Positions 1 to 10,453 are shown, counted from the first letter of the stretch. The stretch is 64,000 nucleotides of DNA from Sulfolobales archaeon HS-7 (GCA_019704295.1 AP024596.1:32001-96000), one strand, 5' to 3'. Translations and numbers: made by a program. The notes: generated from the letters alone by a model not told the origin.

Positions 1-98
1 CCTCTTTCCGATGCGTTTATTAGAATCCTCCAAAACTTGTCCTCAATCGCCAAGTAGTTACTCTCGTTTAATATCACTACTCCTGATACACTACACAT
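1..98 (-). CDS. queC: 5' fragment (runs off window) of a class II glutamine amidotransferase-domain protein, probably crenarchaeal GAT-QueC (archaeosine pathway)
   Basis: Hand translation from CAT at 96-98 gives MCSVSGVVILNESNYLAIEDKFWRILINASERG. Cys2 and ...ERG are typical of an Ntn amidotransferase N-terminus. Only 32 codons are visible. Confidence 0.55.
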   Translation of the reverse strand, partial: MCSVSGVVILNESNYLAIEDKFWRILINASER

Positions 99-155
99 TG
101 TTGAATATATATATGCGAACACCTTAAACGTTTTTTTAACTTAACGGGAATTAAA

Positions 156-185
156 GGGGTGGAAGTTTCATAAGGATAGCTCCCT
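156..185 (+). mobile_element. Decayed IS200/IS605-family left-end remnant
   Basis: TTAAA|GGGGTGGAAG...GGATAGCTCCCT resembles the left ends at 45048, 52027 and 8419; the hairpin is deleted. Confidence 0.35.
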
Positions 186-191
186 ATTGAG

Positions 192-773
192 ATGAGTTTT
201 CAGGTACCAGTAAATTATAATCACGGGGTTAATGCTCAAGGCAGTGTAGGACAGACTAAATTAAGGACAAGTAGAAACGTACAAAAAGCGGGAGGCGTAG
301 CAGTACCGCAAACTCAACAGCAGTACACTCCGCTCCACCAAGCAATTAGAAACAGGGACTCAATGGTAGTGACAGTACCAGCAGGGAAAGAGTTGAAGAA
401 GTCGTGGGGCTATAAGATCGAATCAGTGTAGCAGTACAACACTGTACCTAGTAGTGCACTGGGTGCGAAAAGCCCGCTGGCCGTCTCGAGGGACAGGAAG
501 ATACACCAGTTGACCCCGAAAGACGGAAAAATGAAAATGCAGATGAACAAGATGCAGCACGTAAAGATGAAAGAAACTATACCTCACGCTGTCGGCAGGG
601 CAGTGGCTAAGAACCTGTACGCTGGTACTGTAATGACCGCCCAGAAGTTCGGGCAGAAGATGGACGACTGGTTGAACCAACAGGGCTTAAGTATGAGGCC
701 GTTTGAGAGTATTGAAAATAAGATTAGGGAAGTCAGGATGAGAAGAGCTAATAAGGTACCAAAACGGGCATGA
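192..773 (+). pseudogene. Gln/Lys/Met-rich hypothetical (plasmid-like) gene interrupted by one in-frame TAG at 429-431
   Basis: ORFs 192-431 and 510-773 are in the same frame, and 432-509 is open (QYNTVPSSALGAKSPLAVSRDRKIHQ). Confidence 0.6.
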
Positions 774-828
774 TAAATTCTTTTTTCTCTTCTTAATCCT
801 TATATATCATTCTAATTTATTTTATAGT

Positions 829-1272
829 ATGCAAGAAGTAGCGGAGTTTCCAGATGTATTAGAGTTAGTGGAAAAACATAAACTTCCGAAAGAGATATAT
901 GCTCCAGACGGAACTTTGTTATTCAAACCGTATGATCCTATTATCGAGAGCCCTTTGATAGCGAATAGGAAAAGTTGGAGGTTATTTGTCAACTACACTG
1001 TAGACCCAAAAAACGACGAGATAGTCAAGATCAATAACACAGGACAATTGATTAGAATAAAGCATGATGCGGACGTAGATGAAATGATGAGATACGTAAG
1101 GAAAGACCACCCAGGAGCAACTATCGAAGAAGCAATATCATTTGCGCTTGAAAGTACAGTAGAGCAAACTGGGGAGTTTAAGGACGACGATGAGTTCGGT
1201 GCATACGTGTCGTATCTCTACCTCACATTAGCGTACCTGATCCACTACGGCGTTTTAATTCTAGTTAAGTGA
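829..1272 (+). CDS. Hypothetical plasmid-type protein with a C-terminal PqqD/RRE-like winged-helix pattern
   Basis: 147-aa ORF; predicted beta strands followed by three helices, GATIEEAISFA...LAYLIHYGVLILV. Confidence 0.6.
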   Translation: MQEVAEFPDVLELVEKHKLPKEIYAPDGTLLFKPYDPIIESPLIANRKSWRLFVNYTVDPKNDEIVKINNTGQLIRIKHDADVDEMMRYVRKDHPGATIEEAISFALESTVEQTGEFKDDDEFGAYVSYLYLTLAYLIHYGVLILVK

Positions 1273-1416
1273 GAAGTTTTTGTGTGAACTCCCCAGTTTA
1301 ATCAAGATTTTAACACTTCATCTATAACTCATCCTAGCGGTCATTATTAGTATTAGTAATGTATATACCGCTTTCTCTAAAAAGAGACTGTAGAGACGTT
1401 TAAACTCCCCAGTTTA
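1165..1416. repeat. Three copies of the pNOB8-type conjugative plasmid recombination motif TAAACTGGGGAGTTTA
   Basis: 1165-1180 CAAACTGGGGAGTTTA (+, 15/16); 1285-1300 TGAACTCCCCAGTTTA (-, 15/16); 1401-1416 TAAACTCCCCAGTTTA (-, 16/16). Confidence 0.85.
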
Positions 1417-1476
1417 ATCATAATCTTCGAAAATTTTCTAGATTTTACCCTGGCACTAACGCGTTTCCTTAAAAAA

Positions 1477-1510
<34 letters not shown>

Positions 1511-1525
1511 GTGTGTAAAAAGTGT

Positions 1526-1807
1526 TTAACATTCCTCTATCGACGAAATCTCACCTTTAATTAGCTTGGTTGAGCATTCTAACTCTCTCTGAGTTAATTG
1601 ATAAGTAGTAGATCCTCTAGTAGGGTGTAACGTCAGTAGTCCTCTTTTGATCAATTCTTTAATGCACCTCCTTACATCTCCTCTTAAATGCCCTGGAAAC
1701 CTCCTTAATATCGCTTCTAAAGGGACGTGAGCAGATAATGAAGCGTCGGTAGCATCATAAACTGCTACTAGTATTGCGTTAAGTGTCTCGATACTATATT
1801 TAGCCAT
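1526..1807 (-). CDS. Small winged helix-turn-helix protein
   Basis: VRRCIKELIKRGLL...TTYQLTQR wHTH wing pattern. Confidence 0.65.
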   Translation of the reverse strand: MAKYSIETLNAILVAVYDATDASLSAHVPLEAILRRFPGHLRGDVRRCIKELIKRGLLTLHPTRGSTTYQLTQRELECSTKLIKGEISSIEEC

Positions 1808-1869
1808 TTTCTGCCAGAATCATCTTATTCATAACAAGATTTATAAGTTTTTATCAGAAAGTGATAATC

Positions 1870-2142
1870 ATGGAAAGTAAACAAGCGGAAAAGGAGGTAG
1901 TTTTTGTAAGTAAGGTTTCCGTAACTAGGAGTAAGAAAAACGGGAAAGAATACATTACTTATAGGCTAACAATTCCTATGGAGAAGGCTAAGGAACTAGG
2001 ATTAAATAACGGAGACTATTTGTTGGTAAAGGCTAAGAAGGCTAAATGGTATCACCTCTTAAATTGGGAGGAAATGAAAAACGTTTACAATATGCTACCA
2101 GAAGAAGTAAAAAAGGAAGTTGATGAACTGAATTACAAATAG
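1870..2142 (+). CDS. AbrB/MazE/SpoVT-family DNA-binding protein
   Basis: YRLTIPMEKAKELGLNNGDYLLV swapped-hairpin signature; ATG at 1870, alternative GTG at 1861. Confidence 0.75.
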   Translation: MESKQAEKEVVFVSKVSVTRSKKNGKEYITYRLTIPMEKAKELGLNNGDYLLVKAKKAKWYHLLNWEEMKNVYNMLPEEVKKEVDELNYK

Positions 2143-2169
2143 GGTTTCAACATTTCCTCAGTCAAGAAT

Positions 2170-2250
2170 GTGAGCTACTCCCTCATTAATGATGGAGCTT
2201 CCTGCTTCACAACTTCACCTTGCCCATAGCGAAGAGCTGTGGGTAGGGGG
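2170..2250 (-). mobile_element. TnpB-associated IS right end / omega-RNA-like remnant
   Basis: Minus strand reads GGGCAAGGTGAAGTTGTGAAGCAGGAAGCTCCATCATTAATGAGGGAGTAGCTCAC, resembling recalled Sulfolobales tnpB 3' ends. Confidence 0.6.
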
Positions 2251-2267
2251 CATTGACAAAACGAAAG

Positions 2268-2297
2268 GCAAGCCTTTTAAGGCGGGAGGAAAGTCAG
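2268..2297 (+). mobile_element. IS200/IS605-family right-end remnant
   Basis: GCAAGCCTTTTAAGGCGGGAGGAAAGTCAG, a degenerate copy of 1477-1507. Confidence 0.65.
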
Positions 2298-2304
2298 ATG
2301 GAGT

Positions 2305-2508
2305 ATGCTTCTTCTTCGGTATCGCGAAGGCTTAAACCCTGTAAATTATAATCACTCACGGAGTCACATAGACGCCAAAGCGACGGCTATGCGGTACGCC
2401 TATGCTTTACCAAACAGTCCGATGGGGAGCACTACGAACATTAACTTCAATACGGGGGTCGGAACGACCCTAAGTGTTATAGAGTCTGTATTGCTGGTAG
2501 AAAAGTAG
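2305..2508 (+). pseudogene. Short ORF or fragment sharing the PVNYNH motif with ORF 192
   Basis: GTAAATTATAATCAC is identical at 210-224 and 2341-2355, in frame in both. Confidence 0.35.
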
Positions 2509-2553
2509 GAAGCCCTATTGGTAGGACATAATAGTTCGCAAAATTATCATATC

Positions 2554-4170
2554 TCATTTACCGCAAAACTTATCAACGAACTCGACGACTCTCCTGACAG
2601 AATTAATCCTATTTTCTTGTTTCAGAAAACCGTGTCCCTCGTCGGGATATATTTCATAGTCAACGTATTTATTCAGTTCAATCATCTTCTTGACGAACTG
2701 CATAGTCTCTCCAACTGGACATCGCGGATCGTTTTTGCCTGCAAGAAGCAGTACTGGAGCGGTTATTGAATCTGCGTGAAATAGTGGAGATCTGTCCCTA
2801 AGCAAAGTCTCGTCATTTCCCATTTTAATCATATCGTATTCCTTTAGTTCATCTTTTTCACTTTCCATTTCGGTAAACCAGTTAACGAAGGGAACTATAG
2901 CCACAACAGCACACCACGTATTAGGATGCTTTACAGCTTCCATTAAGCTAAGATATCCTCCGTAACTCTCACCTATAACTGCGATCTTTCCATTAAGCAG
3001 TTTCCTCCCTTCCCATACGTCGGTAACATCACCTCCTCCCATATCCCTTGTGTTCATCTCCTTGAACTTTCGTCCATGACCGAAGGAACCTCTGTAGTCG
3101 GGGCATAGAACCTCATATCCCCTATCAATAAGCAATGCTATCTCCGGAACGAATTCATTATAACACATAGATTCTGGCCCGCCGTGAATAAATATTGCGC
3201 TTTTCCTAACATCTCTACCTCTAAAGAGTAAACCGCGTATAGTTAACTCCCCTGAAGGATATGATACTTTATCTACTCTTACGTCCAATGAAACATCTCC
3301 CATGGAGTTAGTTAGTCTTTCAATTCCTCCATTAGAGATGTTGTAGCGCCATAATTCCGTATCCCTTGATGCGTCGGAATGGAGGAAGTAGAGGTAGTTT
3401 TGATCTCCCTTAACGGTTGTGTTAAAGCCGTAGTTAATAATGGCTTTCTGATTATTTTTCAGCACAATATCTCCATCGTTTATCTCTAAATAGAAAATAT
3501 CCCTATAGTATATTGGATCCATGTGCTCGTGTTCACCACTGGTTACCCATTCTATTTCTCCTTTGAAGAATTTGCCTACATTGAAGTAATTTCCCGTATT
3601 AGAGGAGAAGAGGAGTTCATCTTGTTCGGTAAAACACTGCTCTGAGGAAATCATCTCGTCTGAGTCTGGAAAAGACAGTAATTCTCTCTCACCTGAATTC
3701 AAATCTAAAACCACTACGTCATAATTAACTACCCCCTTAACATAGGCTAACCTCCTTTTACTTTTTGACATACAGTACAAGAGGACGTTCTCTTTCTCAT
3801 TAGTTACGGGCGTAATTTCTCCCCCTTCGAAGAGGAATATGTTGTAGCTCTTTCCTCTATTTGACAAAAAGTAGAACTTATCATCAGTGATAAATACAGG
3901 ATCAGTGTTATCATACTCATCTATAACGAGTGGAATTGGGTTTTCCTCCATTAGGAAAATTCCCCGCCTTTCCGAGCCTCCTTTGTCTATTATTAAAGAG
4001 AGCTTGTTTCCCGAAATCCATTTCACGCCCACTAGATCTGGTACTGTTGCTTTCTCAATTCCCGTCACGTAAAGAACCGGAGTTTTTTCGAGAACAATTA
4101 CTCCTAAATTTCCCTCATTTACGTCGTAGGAAATCACTGGCTTTATTTTATATAAATCTGAAAACTCCAC
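2554..4170 (-). CDS. S9 family serine peptidase (acylaminoacyl-peptidase / prolyl oligopeptidase-like)
   Basis: HGGP, GESYGG nucleophile elbow, DPRC and EGHGF; N-terminal propeller region. Confidence 0.92.
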   Translation of the reverse strand: MEFSDLYKIKPVISYDVNEGNLGVIVLEKTPVLYVTGIEKATVPDLVGVKWISGNKLSLIIDKGGSERRGIFLMEENPIPLVIDEYDNTDPVFITDDKFYFLSNRGKSYNIFLFEGGEITPVTNEKENVLLYCMSKSKRRLAYVKGVVNYDVVVLDLNSGERELLSFPDSDEMISSEQCFTEQDELLFSSNTGNYFNVGKFFKGEIEWVTSGEHEHMDPIYYRDIFYLEINDGDIVLKNNQKAIINYGFNTTVKGDQNYLYFLHSDASRDTELWRYNISNGGIERLTNSMGDVSLDVRVDKVSYPSGELTIRGLLFRGRDVRKSAIFIHGGPESMCYNEFVPEIALLIDRGYEVLCPDYRGSFGHGRKFKEMNTRDMGGGDVTDVWEGRKLLNGKIAVIGESYGGYLSLMEAVKHPNTWCAVVAIVPFVNWFTEMESEKDELKEYDMIKMGNDETLLRDRSPLFHADSITAPVLLLAGKNDPRCPVGETMQFVKKMIELNKYVDYEIYPDEGHGFLKQENRINSVRRVVEFVDKFCGK

Positions 4171-4748
4171 ACCGGTATTTCATTTCAGCAGGATATTAAT
4201 ATTTAATATATAGTTTCCGCAAATCACGCTTTTACGCAGAGAAGTCTCATTAATGGAATAGTTAAGATACGTTTGTATCAGTTTTCCTAGATATCTATGT
4301 AGTTAATGACGCTGCTTAAAAGTCATTGGGTGATTGAACTTTGGAGGGAATAGAATTTTTGCCTCTTAGATTTCCACGAGAATTCAACCTTGACAGTGAA
4401 AGTCCGACTTTCATATAGGATTTTTTCCAGGGTAACATAATGCTAATCATTAGATGTAAACCCGAGTGGATGATGGTAATAATAGACCCTACAGTTATCA
4501 TTCTAAAACGATGAGGAACACGCTTTCCTTGACATTCCAATATTAACGAATTTTTGATGTTTTGATTAATTATACTGCATGATATTGGAAAATCTTTATT
4601 GTTAAGTTTACAAGTAATTACTGCCAGCTAACCCTTGTCGTTATTAAGCCTTGTAGATTTCAACGCCACTCGGATTTGTTAAAAGTTGGAGTGGGTATTA
4701 AATTAAATCGAAGATAACGTTAATAATATTCGTTAAAGTCGTTGTCTA

Positions 4749-5738
4749 ATGAGAGTTGCTGTAATCGGTGGTGGACCGGCGGGAATTTCCCTTGCTTATT
4801 TCCTGAAGGGAACCAAACATGAGGTAACGGTTTACGAGGCCCTCGATTCCTTAGGTTTAAAACCATGTGCTTGGGGGGTAATGAGGGGTCTTGAGGAGTA
4901 TATTACTATTCCCAGGGAATCCATCATTTCTACCCTAAAGGGATTTAAAATATACTTAGATGGTAAACTCCTTTACGACGTAAGGTTTGATCATTCCTTA
5001 GGATATATAATAGATAAGCCGCTATTCCTCGAGAAACTATCCGAGGGAATAGATGTCAGGAAGAAATCAAAGGTAACCAAAAAGGGAGAAAACTTAGAAG
5101 TAAACGGTGAGAAAATTGAAGCGGAAAAGGTAATTTACTCAACAGGACATTACGGATTAGACAGTTCACTATCAATTCCAGCTATTCAGTATTTGACGAA
5201 TTATAATCAAGATCCTGAGACAGTGGAAATGTACTTTTATTCCGACCTATTAGGCTACGGATGGGTCTTCCCAGATAATGTGGGGGCAAGAATAGGAATA
5301 GGCGGTTATAGCGAAGTTCCTTTCCTAAAAGAGAAGGTAAAGCAAATAGTTAAGGGAAAAACTCTGGGTTTTCACGGCGCTAGAGTAGTGGATTATGGTA
5401 TAGTAGAGAGCAGGTTGAATGGGGAATATGTAGGTGAGGCTTTAGGTACGGTTTACGCGGTTACGGGGGAAGGGATACGACCTTCCATTATGTCATCGCG
5501 TATAATGGCCGACTCTATTTTAAACAACGAGGACTTTAGTAAAGAGTTTAAGAAGAGCAAGCTTTATTGGTCCCTTCAGATACATGCGGATGTTATAAAA
5601 AGAGCTAAGTCCAGCAATTCGACAAAAGGACTCGAAAAAGTGTTAATGAGGGCGGATCCTAAACTAGTGATAAAATTTGCCCTTGGTGATTTCGATAAGA
5701 CGGATCTCTTCAAACTGTTTTTGAGGACTGTAATTTAA
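4749..5738 (+). CDS. Geranylgeranyl reductase-family FAD-dependent oxidoreductase
   Basis: GGGPAG, KPCAWG, GYGWVFP and TGEGI motifs. Confidence 0.85.
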   Translation: MRVAVIGGGPAGISLAYFLKGTKHEVTVYEALDSLGLKPCAWGVMRGLEEYITIPRESIISTLKGFKIYLDGKLLYDVRFDHSLGYIIDKPLFLEKLSEGIDVRKKSKVTKKGENLEVNGEKIEAEKVIYSTGHYGLDSSLSIPAIQYLTNYNQDPETVEMYFYSDLLGYGWVFPDNVGARIGIGGYSEVPFLKEKVKQIVKGKTLGFHGARVVDYGIVESRLNGEYVGEALGTVYAVTGEGIRPSIMSSRIMADSILNNEDFSKEFKKSKLYWSLQIHADVIKRAKSSNSTKGLEKVLMRADPKLVIKFALGDFDKTDLFKLFLRTVI

Positions 5739-6472
5739 CTCCTTAGCTTATTAAGTATTGCCGATTCCGCCTTAAGATATAGCTTAGTTCTCAGTAACGG
5801 CTTGAACGGGGAGTAATATACTCTCAGTTTTATTACGGACAGAAACATGAGTAAAATAATCTTTAGCAGAGAACTTGAGATCTTGCTATCCTTTTCCTCA
5901 TGTTTCCACTCAACTGGAATTTCCTTTATTTTGAAACCTCTTCTCTTAAAGGCGTAAATTAAGTTAACATCGAATAAGAAATCGTTGATTATAAGTTCAT
6001 TAATTACTTCGTTGACCTTGTCTCTTTTAATTATCTTAAAACCCGCCTGAAAATCCTTCACACCTATTAATGAAGGAAAGAACAGTTTTACGACAAACTT
6101 AAACGCTTCATGTAGGAGTTTCCTCAGAAGAGGGAGTTCAGAGAACCTCCTTTTAAATATAACTAGATCGTAATCTTTTACAATAGTGAGAAATTCACTA
6201 ATTTTATCAGGGCTCACGGGAAGGTCTGCGTCAAGGAATATTATTACCTGTCCGTCCGCCATTTTCAGTCCCTCCTTTAACGAACCACCCTTTCCCAATC
6301 TCTGTGGGGTGTTATAGATAGTTGCACCTTTCTCTCTTGCTACATTGCAAGTTTCTACATCATTGTCACAAATGACTAGTATCTTATTTAGTTCGAAGTA
6401 GTGTGACAGTTCTTCTAACGTTTTCCCTATTCTCCCCTGTTCCTTGTAGGCCGGCACCACTATTGAGTACAT
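5735..6472 (-). CDS. GT2 glycosyltransferase (dolichyl-phosphate sugar synthase-like)
   Basis: [17 protein letters not shown] and DFQAGFK motifs; start moved to ATG 6472. Confidence 0.88.
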   Translation of the reverse strand: MYSIVVPAYKEQGRIGKTLEELSHYFELNKILVICDNDVETCNVAREKGATIYNTPQRLGKGGSLKEGLKMADGQVIIFLDADLPVSPDKISEFLTIVKDYDLVIFKRRFSELPLLRKLLHEAFKFVVKLFFPSLIGVKDFQAGFKIIKRDKVNEVINELIINDFLFDVNLIYAFKRRGFKIKEIPVEWKHEEKDSKISSSLLKIILLMFLSVIKLRVYYSPFKPLLRTKLYLKAESAILNKLRS

Positions 6473-6941
6473 GAAGTACAAATGTCGTTTAAATCGCAAA
6501 ATATAAAAGAGTATCTCCATCGTCTTAACTTACGGTTTTACCTTCACGTACTTTGAGAGAAATCTTTCGATAAGCCTATATTCCTTATTAATACGGTATA
6601 TCTATAACAGTTTTTAGTAAGTATAAAAGTATATTATTTAACATAATTTAATATTTTAAACTAGCTTATAAGGTTTATAGAATCGTTTGCTAACCTGTAA
6701 ATATAGAGCAGAACAAAAGTTCTAAAGGTAAAGGGCATGTTACTTAAGTTAAAGATAAGGATGTATGAGCAAATATAGAGTGATGATAAGGAAGTTTCTA
6801 CATGTTTCAACCGCGCCTGGTAGGAAAGGAAGTGAGAAGGCGAAAACTTAGGTAAATTAATGCTAAGTAATACTGAAAAATTCTATAAGGCATTCAAAAC
6901 ACGCCTCAACTTTTATTACGCGTCCCTAACAATATTAGGTA

Positions 6942-8192
6942 ATGAAAACAGTTATTGTAGGTTCTGGTCCAGCAGGTGTGTATTCCGCTATTATGCTTGC
7001 ACGAAATTCTAAGGTAACATTAATAGACGAAAGCGAGAAACTGGGAGGAACGTGCATCTTGTATGGATGTATGCCATCAAAGGCAATGTTACATGCTACA
7101 CATATAATTTACTCAGCACGTTCTCTAGGGAAGGAATTGAATTTTACTCAAGATGAGATAATAAAACTAGCCAAGGATACTGTGAATAGGTTATCCAAAG
7201 GAGTTGAGTACACTCTATCAAGTTACGACGTGGAGGTTATACATGGTAAAGCCGAATTATCAGACGGTACGATAAAAGTTGGAAACCAAAGCATAGACTC
7301 TAATGGCATTATAGTAGCCACAGGTACGGTAAAACCTCAGGTAGAAAACACAATTGCTTCTGACGACATTCCTTACCTGTCTCAAAAGATCTCCTCGGCA
7401 GTAATCATAGGAGGTGGGGCAGGAGGTGTAGAATATGGCGATTTGTTAAGCGAGTGGGGTGTTGATCTCTCAATTGTAGAACGAGGTCCTACACTCCTCC
7501 CTAATTCTGATCCCGACTTGTCAAATGCCGTCACTACTACCTTTAAGAAGAAGGGTGTTAAGCTTTACTTGAATAAAAACGTTAAGAAAATTGAGAAAGG
7601 TATTGTAATTCTAGATGATGAAACGAAAATTACTGGAGATGTTGTCATCTTCTCCTTCGGCAGGAAACCTAACGTAGCTGGTTTTGAGGCCTTGTCGAGG
7701 GGAGGTCCAATAAAGGTGGACAAGACCATGTATACCGGCATGGGAAAAATATATGCAGCTGGTGACGTTACAGGTACCTATACCGCTCATGAAGCCATAC
7801 ATGAAGGAATTGTTGCCTCGTTAAATCTTTTAGGGATTGAAAAGGAGTTCGTCTCGGACTTTGTTCCGAAGGTAATATACGCTAAGCCAGAAATAGCGAC
7901 TATCGGTAGGATGTCAGGAAATTCAGTAAAAGTGAATTACGCCGAATTAGGAAGAGCGATAGCGGAGAAGAATACGTCAGGGTTTCTTAAACTATTTTAT
8001 GACGGGGGTAGGATAAACGGAGCAGTAATTTACGGAGAGCATGCTGAGGACATAGCAAATCTCATTTCACTCATTATATCGCAAAATTTGAGTATGCAGG
8101 CGGTTTTCGATAATGTATTTGCACATCCATCCTATATGGAGATTCTTTGGGAAGCGCTAGGGAGAGCGCTTGGGTACTTCAGAGGTAAGTAA
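6942..8192 (+). CDS. Dihydrolipoamide dehydrogenase-like pyridine nucleotide-disulfide oxidoreductase
   Basis: GSGPAG, GGTCILYGCMPSK redox disulfide and C-terminal HPSYME. Confidence 0.88.
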   Translation: MKTVIVGSGPAGVYSAIMLARNSKVTLIDESEKLGGTCILYGCMPSKAMLHATHIIYSARSLGKELNFTQDEIIKLAKDTVNRLSKGVEYTLSSYDVEVIHGKAELSDGTIKVGNQSIDSNGIIVATGTVKPQVENTIASDDIPYLSQKISSAVIIGGGAGGVEYGDLLSEWGVDLSIVERGPTLLPNSDPDLSNAVTTTFKKKGVKLYLNKNVKKIEKGIVILDDETKITGDVVIFSFGRKPNVAGFEALSRGGPIKVDKTMYTGMGKIYAAGDVTGTYTAHEAIHEGIVASLNLLGIEKEFVSDFVPKVIYAKPEIATIGRMSGNSVKVNYAELGRAIAEKNTSGFLKLFYDGGRINGAVIYGEHAEDIANLISLIISQNLSMQAVFDNVFAHPSYMEILWEALGRALGYFRGK

Positions 8193-8418
8193 GAGTCGAA
8201 TTACCTGCTGCAAATAGGTTTTCCCGCTTCTTAGCTTCAGGTAGAGGATTAGTTTGATAGACTTTACGATCCGTTCTGACCTAGATCTTAACTGACCCTC
8301 GATGTCCCATATGGGACCGGCAAGTGAAGTGCCTCGCAAACCCTCGCTTATGCTTCTTACTTACGCTTCATCTGCAACTCCTATTGATATCTGCTCTTCG
8401 GAAACTAGTTTTAAATAT

Positions 8419-8451
8419 AAGGAGACGTAAGGCTAACGGGATAGCTCCCTT
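8419..8451 (+). mobile_element. Decayed IS605-type left-end remnant
   Basis: AAGGAGACGTAAGGC...GGATAGCTCCCT; shares a 12-mer with 174-185. Confidence 0.35.
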
Positions 8452-8541
8452 AACTCTCCTCATCATAAAATTATCAGGTTCTTAGGTATATTACACTGAT
8501 AAAATGCTACTAATCTGAGATTTTGGACGAAACAGGACAAT

Positions 8542-9504
8542 TTATTCGAGAATTTTCGGACCACTACCAACTCCAGTAACGATAGGTTTTGCTCCGATAT
8601 TACTAAGAAAATTAACTACCTTATTTACACTATCACTCTCGCATATTATGTAGGGGTTTGGTCCAGCATCAAAAGTATAGGCCATATCACCGTTTTCTAG
8701 AACCCATTGCATAATTTCGAACGAAATCTCATTTAGGTAAAGAACAGGGGGCCAAGAGTCTAAGATTACTGCGTGCATATTATTACTATGCTTCATTACT
8801 ATCCTGTAAAAGTTCGCCTTATCTCTAGATTTTATCGTCTCAACTAATTTCATTACATCGTCTTCTATCGTTTTTAGCCTGCAATGCAAGAGCTGAGAGG
8901 TATTCACTCGTAACATCGCGTTTCTAGAACTAATAGGTTTTCTACTCTCTTTAACAATTCCTACTATTACTTTTAACGGCCAATGTTCTGGGGGGAAAAG
9001 CTGTTCGCAGTACGAATCGCTTCCCTCACCAGAGTTCCCTCTATACCATATTACAATACCGCCAAACACGCTTCTGCATGCGCTTCCCGAACCTATTCTA
9101 GATAATATAGACATCTCCCTTTTAGACAAGTTAAGATGTAACGCCTCGTTTGCTCCAACTACAATTCCCGCAATTCCCGCTGCTGATGACGCTAATCCCG
9201 CACCTACAGGAAAGTTAGTGTAAGATACAGCTTCAAGGAAAACATTACCGTAGAGTTCTCTTATTTTATTCATTACTCGTCCTGCGTAATCCCCTACTTC
9301 GGTTTCTTCAAGTTCTCTTCCATTAACTACTATTCTATCATTTCCTTTACCCTCGTAAAACTTAAGTTCGCTAATAACTGACATTTCCTCTCCTAGCGTT
9401 ATCGACACGCTTGAATTCAGAGGAAGATTGAGTTTTTCGTCTCTTTTTCCCCAGTATTTTATTAGAGCTATGTTCGAGGGAGATGAAACCTTAATCGATT
9501 TCAT
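8542..9504 (-). CDS. mvaD: Diphosphomevalonate decarboxylase
   Basis: NIALIKYWGKRD, GLASSA, GSGSACRS and YTFDAGPN motifs. Confidence 0.96.
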   Translation of the reverse strand: MKSIKVSSPSNIALIKYWGKRDEKLNLPLNSSVSITLGEEMSVISELKFYEGKGNDRIVVNGRELEETEVGDYAGRVMNKIRELYGNVFLEAVSYTNFPVGAGLASSAAGIAGIVVGANEALHLNLSKREMSILSRIGSGSACRSVFGGIVIWYRGNSGEGSDSYCEQLFPPEHWPLKVIVGIVKESRKPISSRNAMLRVNTSQLLHCRLKTIEDDVMKLVETIKSRDKANFYRIVMKHSNNMHAVILDSWPPVLYLNEISFEIMQWVLENGDMAYTFDAGPNPYIICESDSVNKVVNFLSNIGAKPIVTGVGSGPKILE

Positions 9505-10453
9505 TTTCTACTCTGACTCCATTATCTTCGATAACCTTAATTACGTTGTTTACATTCTTTCTTAATTCCTCGATATCCGTTGTACCCCTTTCAATCAGGA
9601 AGAATATCGAGTCTCCTCCTCCCGCACCAGGAAGTTCCACCAGAAGCAGTTTAGTGAATTTAGAGTAATATTCCTCAAGCTGATCTTCAAGGGAAAAGGG
9701 ATCGAAGAGTCCTACCTTCTGAAATATTCTCCTCAATCTCAGCTTAGCTCTCCTAACGTGAAGTACTGCGTTTTCTAACATACCTCTCTTAAGGAGTGTT
9801 ACGGCCATTTCATTCTCATCATTGACTTCCTGTAGTAAATAAGTCAGTTTGAGAGTTCTCAGTTTGGTAAAGAACTCGTCTACGAGGGATTTAGTATCTG
9901 CACTGTTTCCTGTAAACGATAAGAACATATCGTAATCGTTACCTATTTTTAGAGGCTCTATATAATATTTCCCTTCTGAGAACCTCCTATATATTAAACT
10001 ACCATACGTTGCAGCTGCGATATCGAAACCGCTTCCAGTTCCCCTTTGACGCAAAGCGTTAGCTTTTTGAGCGCACTCGTGGATTGCGTTGAGGTCCCAT
10101 GTCCCTCCAGTCATATAAAGGAGCGCTGCCGCGAGAGCTACTGTAGCCGCTGATGAACTTCCTAGGCCTGTTTTCTTACCGTTTACCTGAAAGTCGTTAT
10201 CGTTTTGTAAGGTTATCTCGAACTTCTTTTCAGCTTTTATGTTACATGCCTCTAATACCGACTTGGTGAGCTCATTTCCTGGGTAGTCGAATTCTCCGTA
10301 AGACGTTCTAAACAAGTACTTATCCGACTCCTCAACGCTACAGTAAACTCTCCTATTTATAGCCAGTACGTGGGAGATTCCTCCGTTGACTACGGTGTAG
10401 TTTCCTACCCAGAGGACTTTCCCCGGTGCTGAGACCGCTACTCGTTTTATCAT
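9491..10453 (-). CDS. Phosphomevalonate kinase (GHMP family)
   Basis: SAPGK, KTGLGSSSA, GSGFDIA and PGAGGGD motifs; adjacent to mvaD. Confidence 0.9.
   Translation of the reverse strand: MIKRVAVSAPGKVLWVGNYTVVNGGISHVLAINRRVYCSVEESDKYLFRTSYGEFDYPGNELTKSVLEACNIKAEKKFEITLQNDNDFQVNGKKTGLGSSSAATVALAAALLYMTGGTWDLNAIHECAQKANALRQRGTGSGFDIAAATYGSLIYRRFSEGKYYIEPLKIGNDYDMFLSFTGNSADTKSLVDEFFTKLRTLKLTYLLQEVNDENEMAVTLLKRGMLENAVLHVRRAKLRLRRIFQKVGLFDPFSLEDQLEEYYSKFTKLLLVELPGAGGGDSIFFLIERGTTDIEELRKNVNNVIKVIEDNGVRVENEID

Noticed and set aside
429-437. TMV-type readthrough signal UAG-CAR-YYA
   Set aside because: The context is UAG CAG UAC, which does not match
1287-1420. Two 18-bp direct repeats as a mini-CRISPR array
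   Set aside because: The 98-bp gap is too long for a spacer, and the repeats are explained by the plasmid recombination motif
4316-4540. 74-aa minus-strand ORF
   Set aside because: No motif and atypical composition; the region contains IS-like debris (GATGTAAACCCGAGTGGATGA)
8542-10453. Eukaryote-like PMK and MVD in an archaeon as a novelty
   Set aside because: The classical mevalonate pathway is an established feature of Sulfolobales
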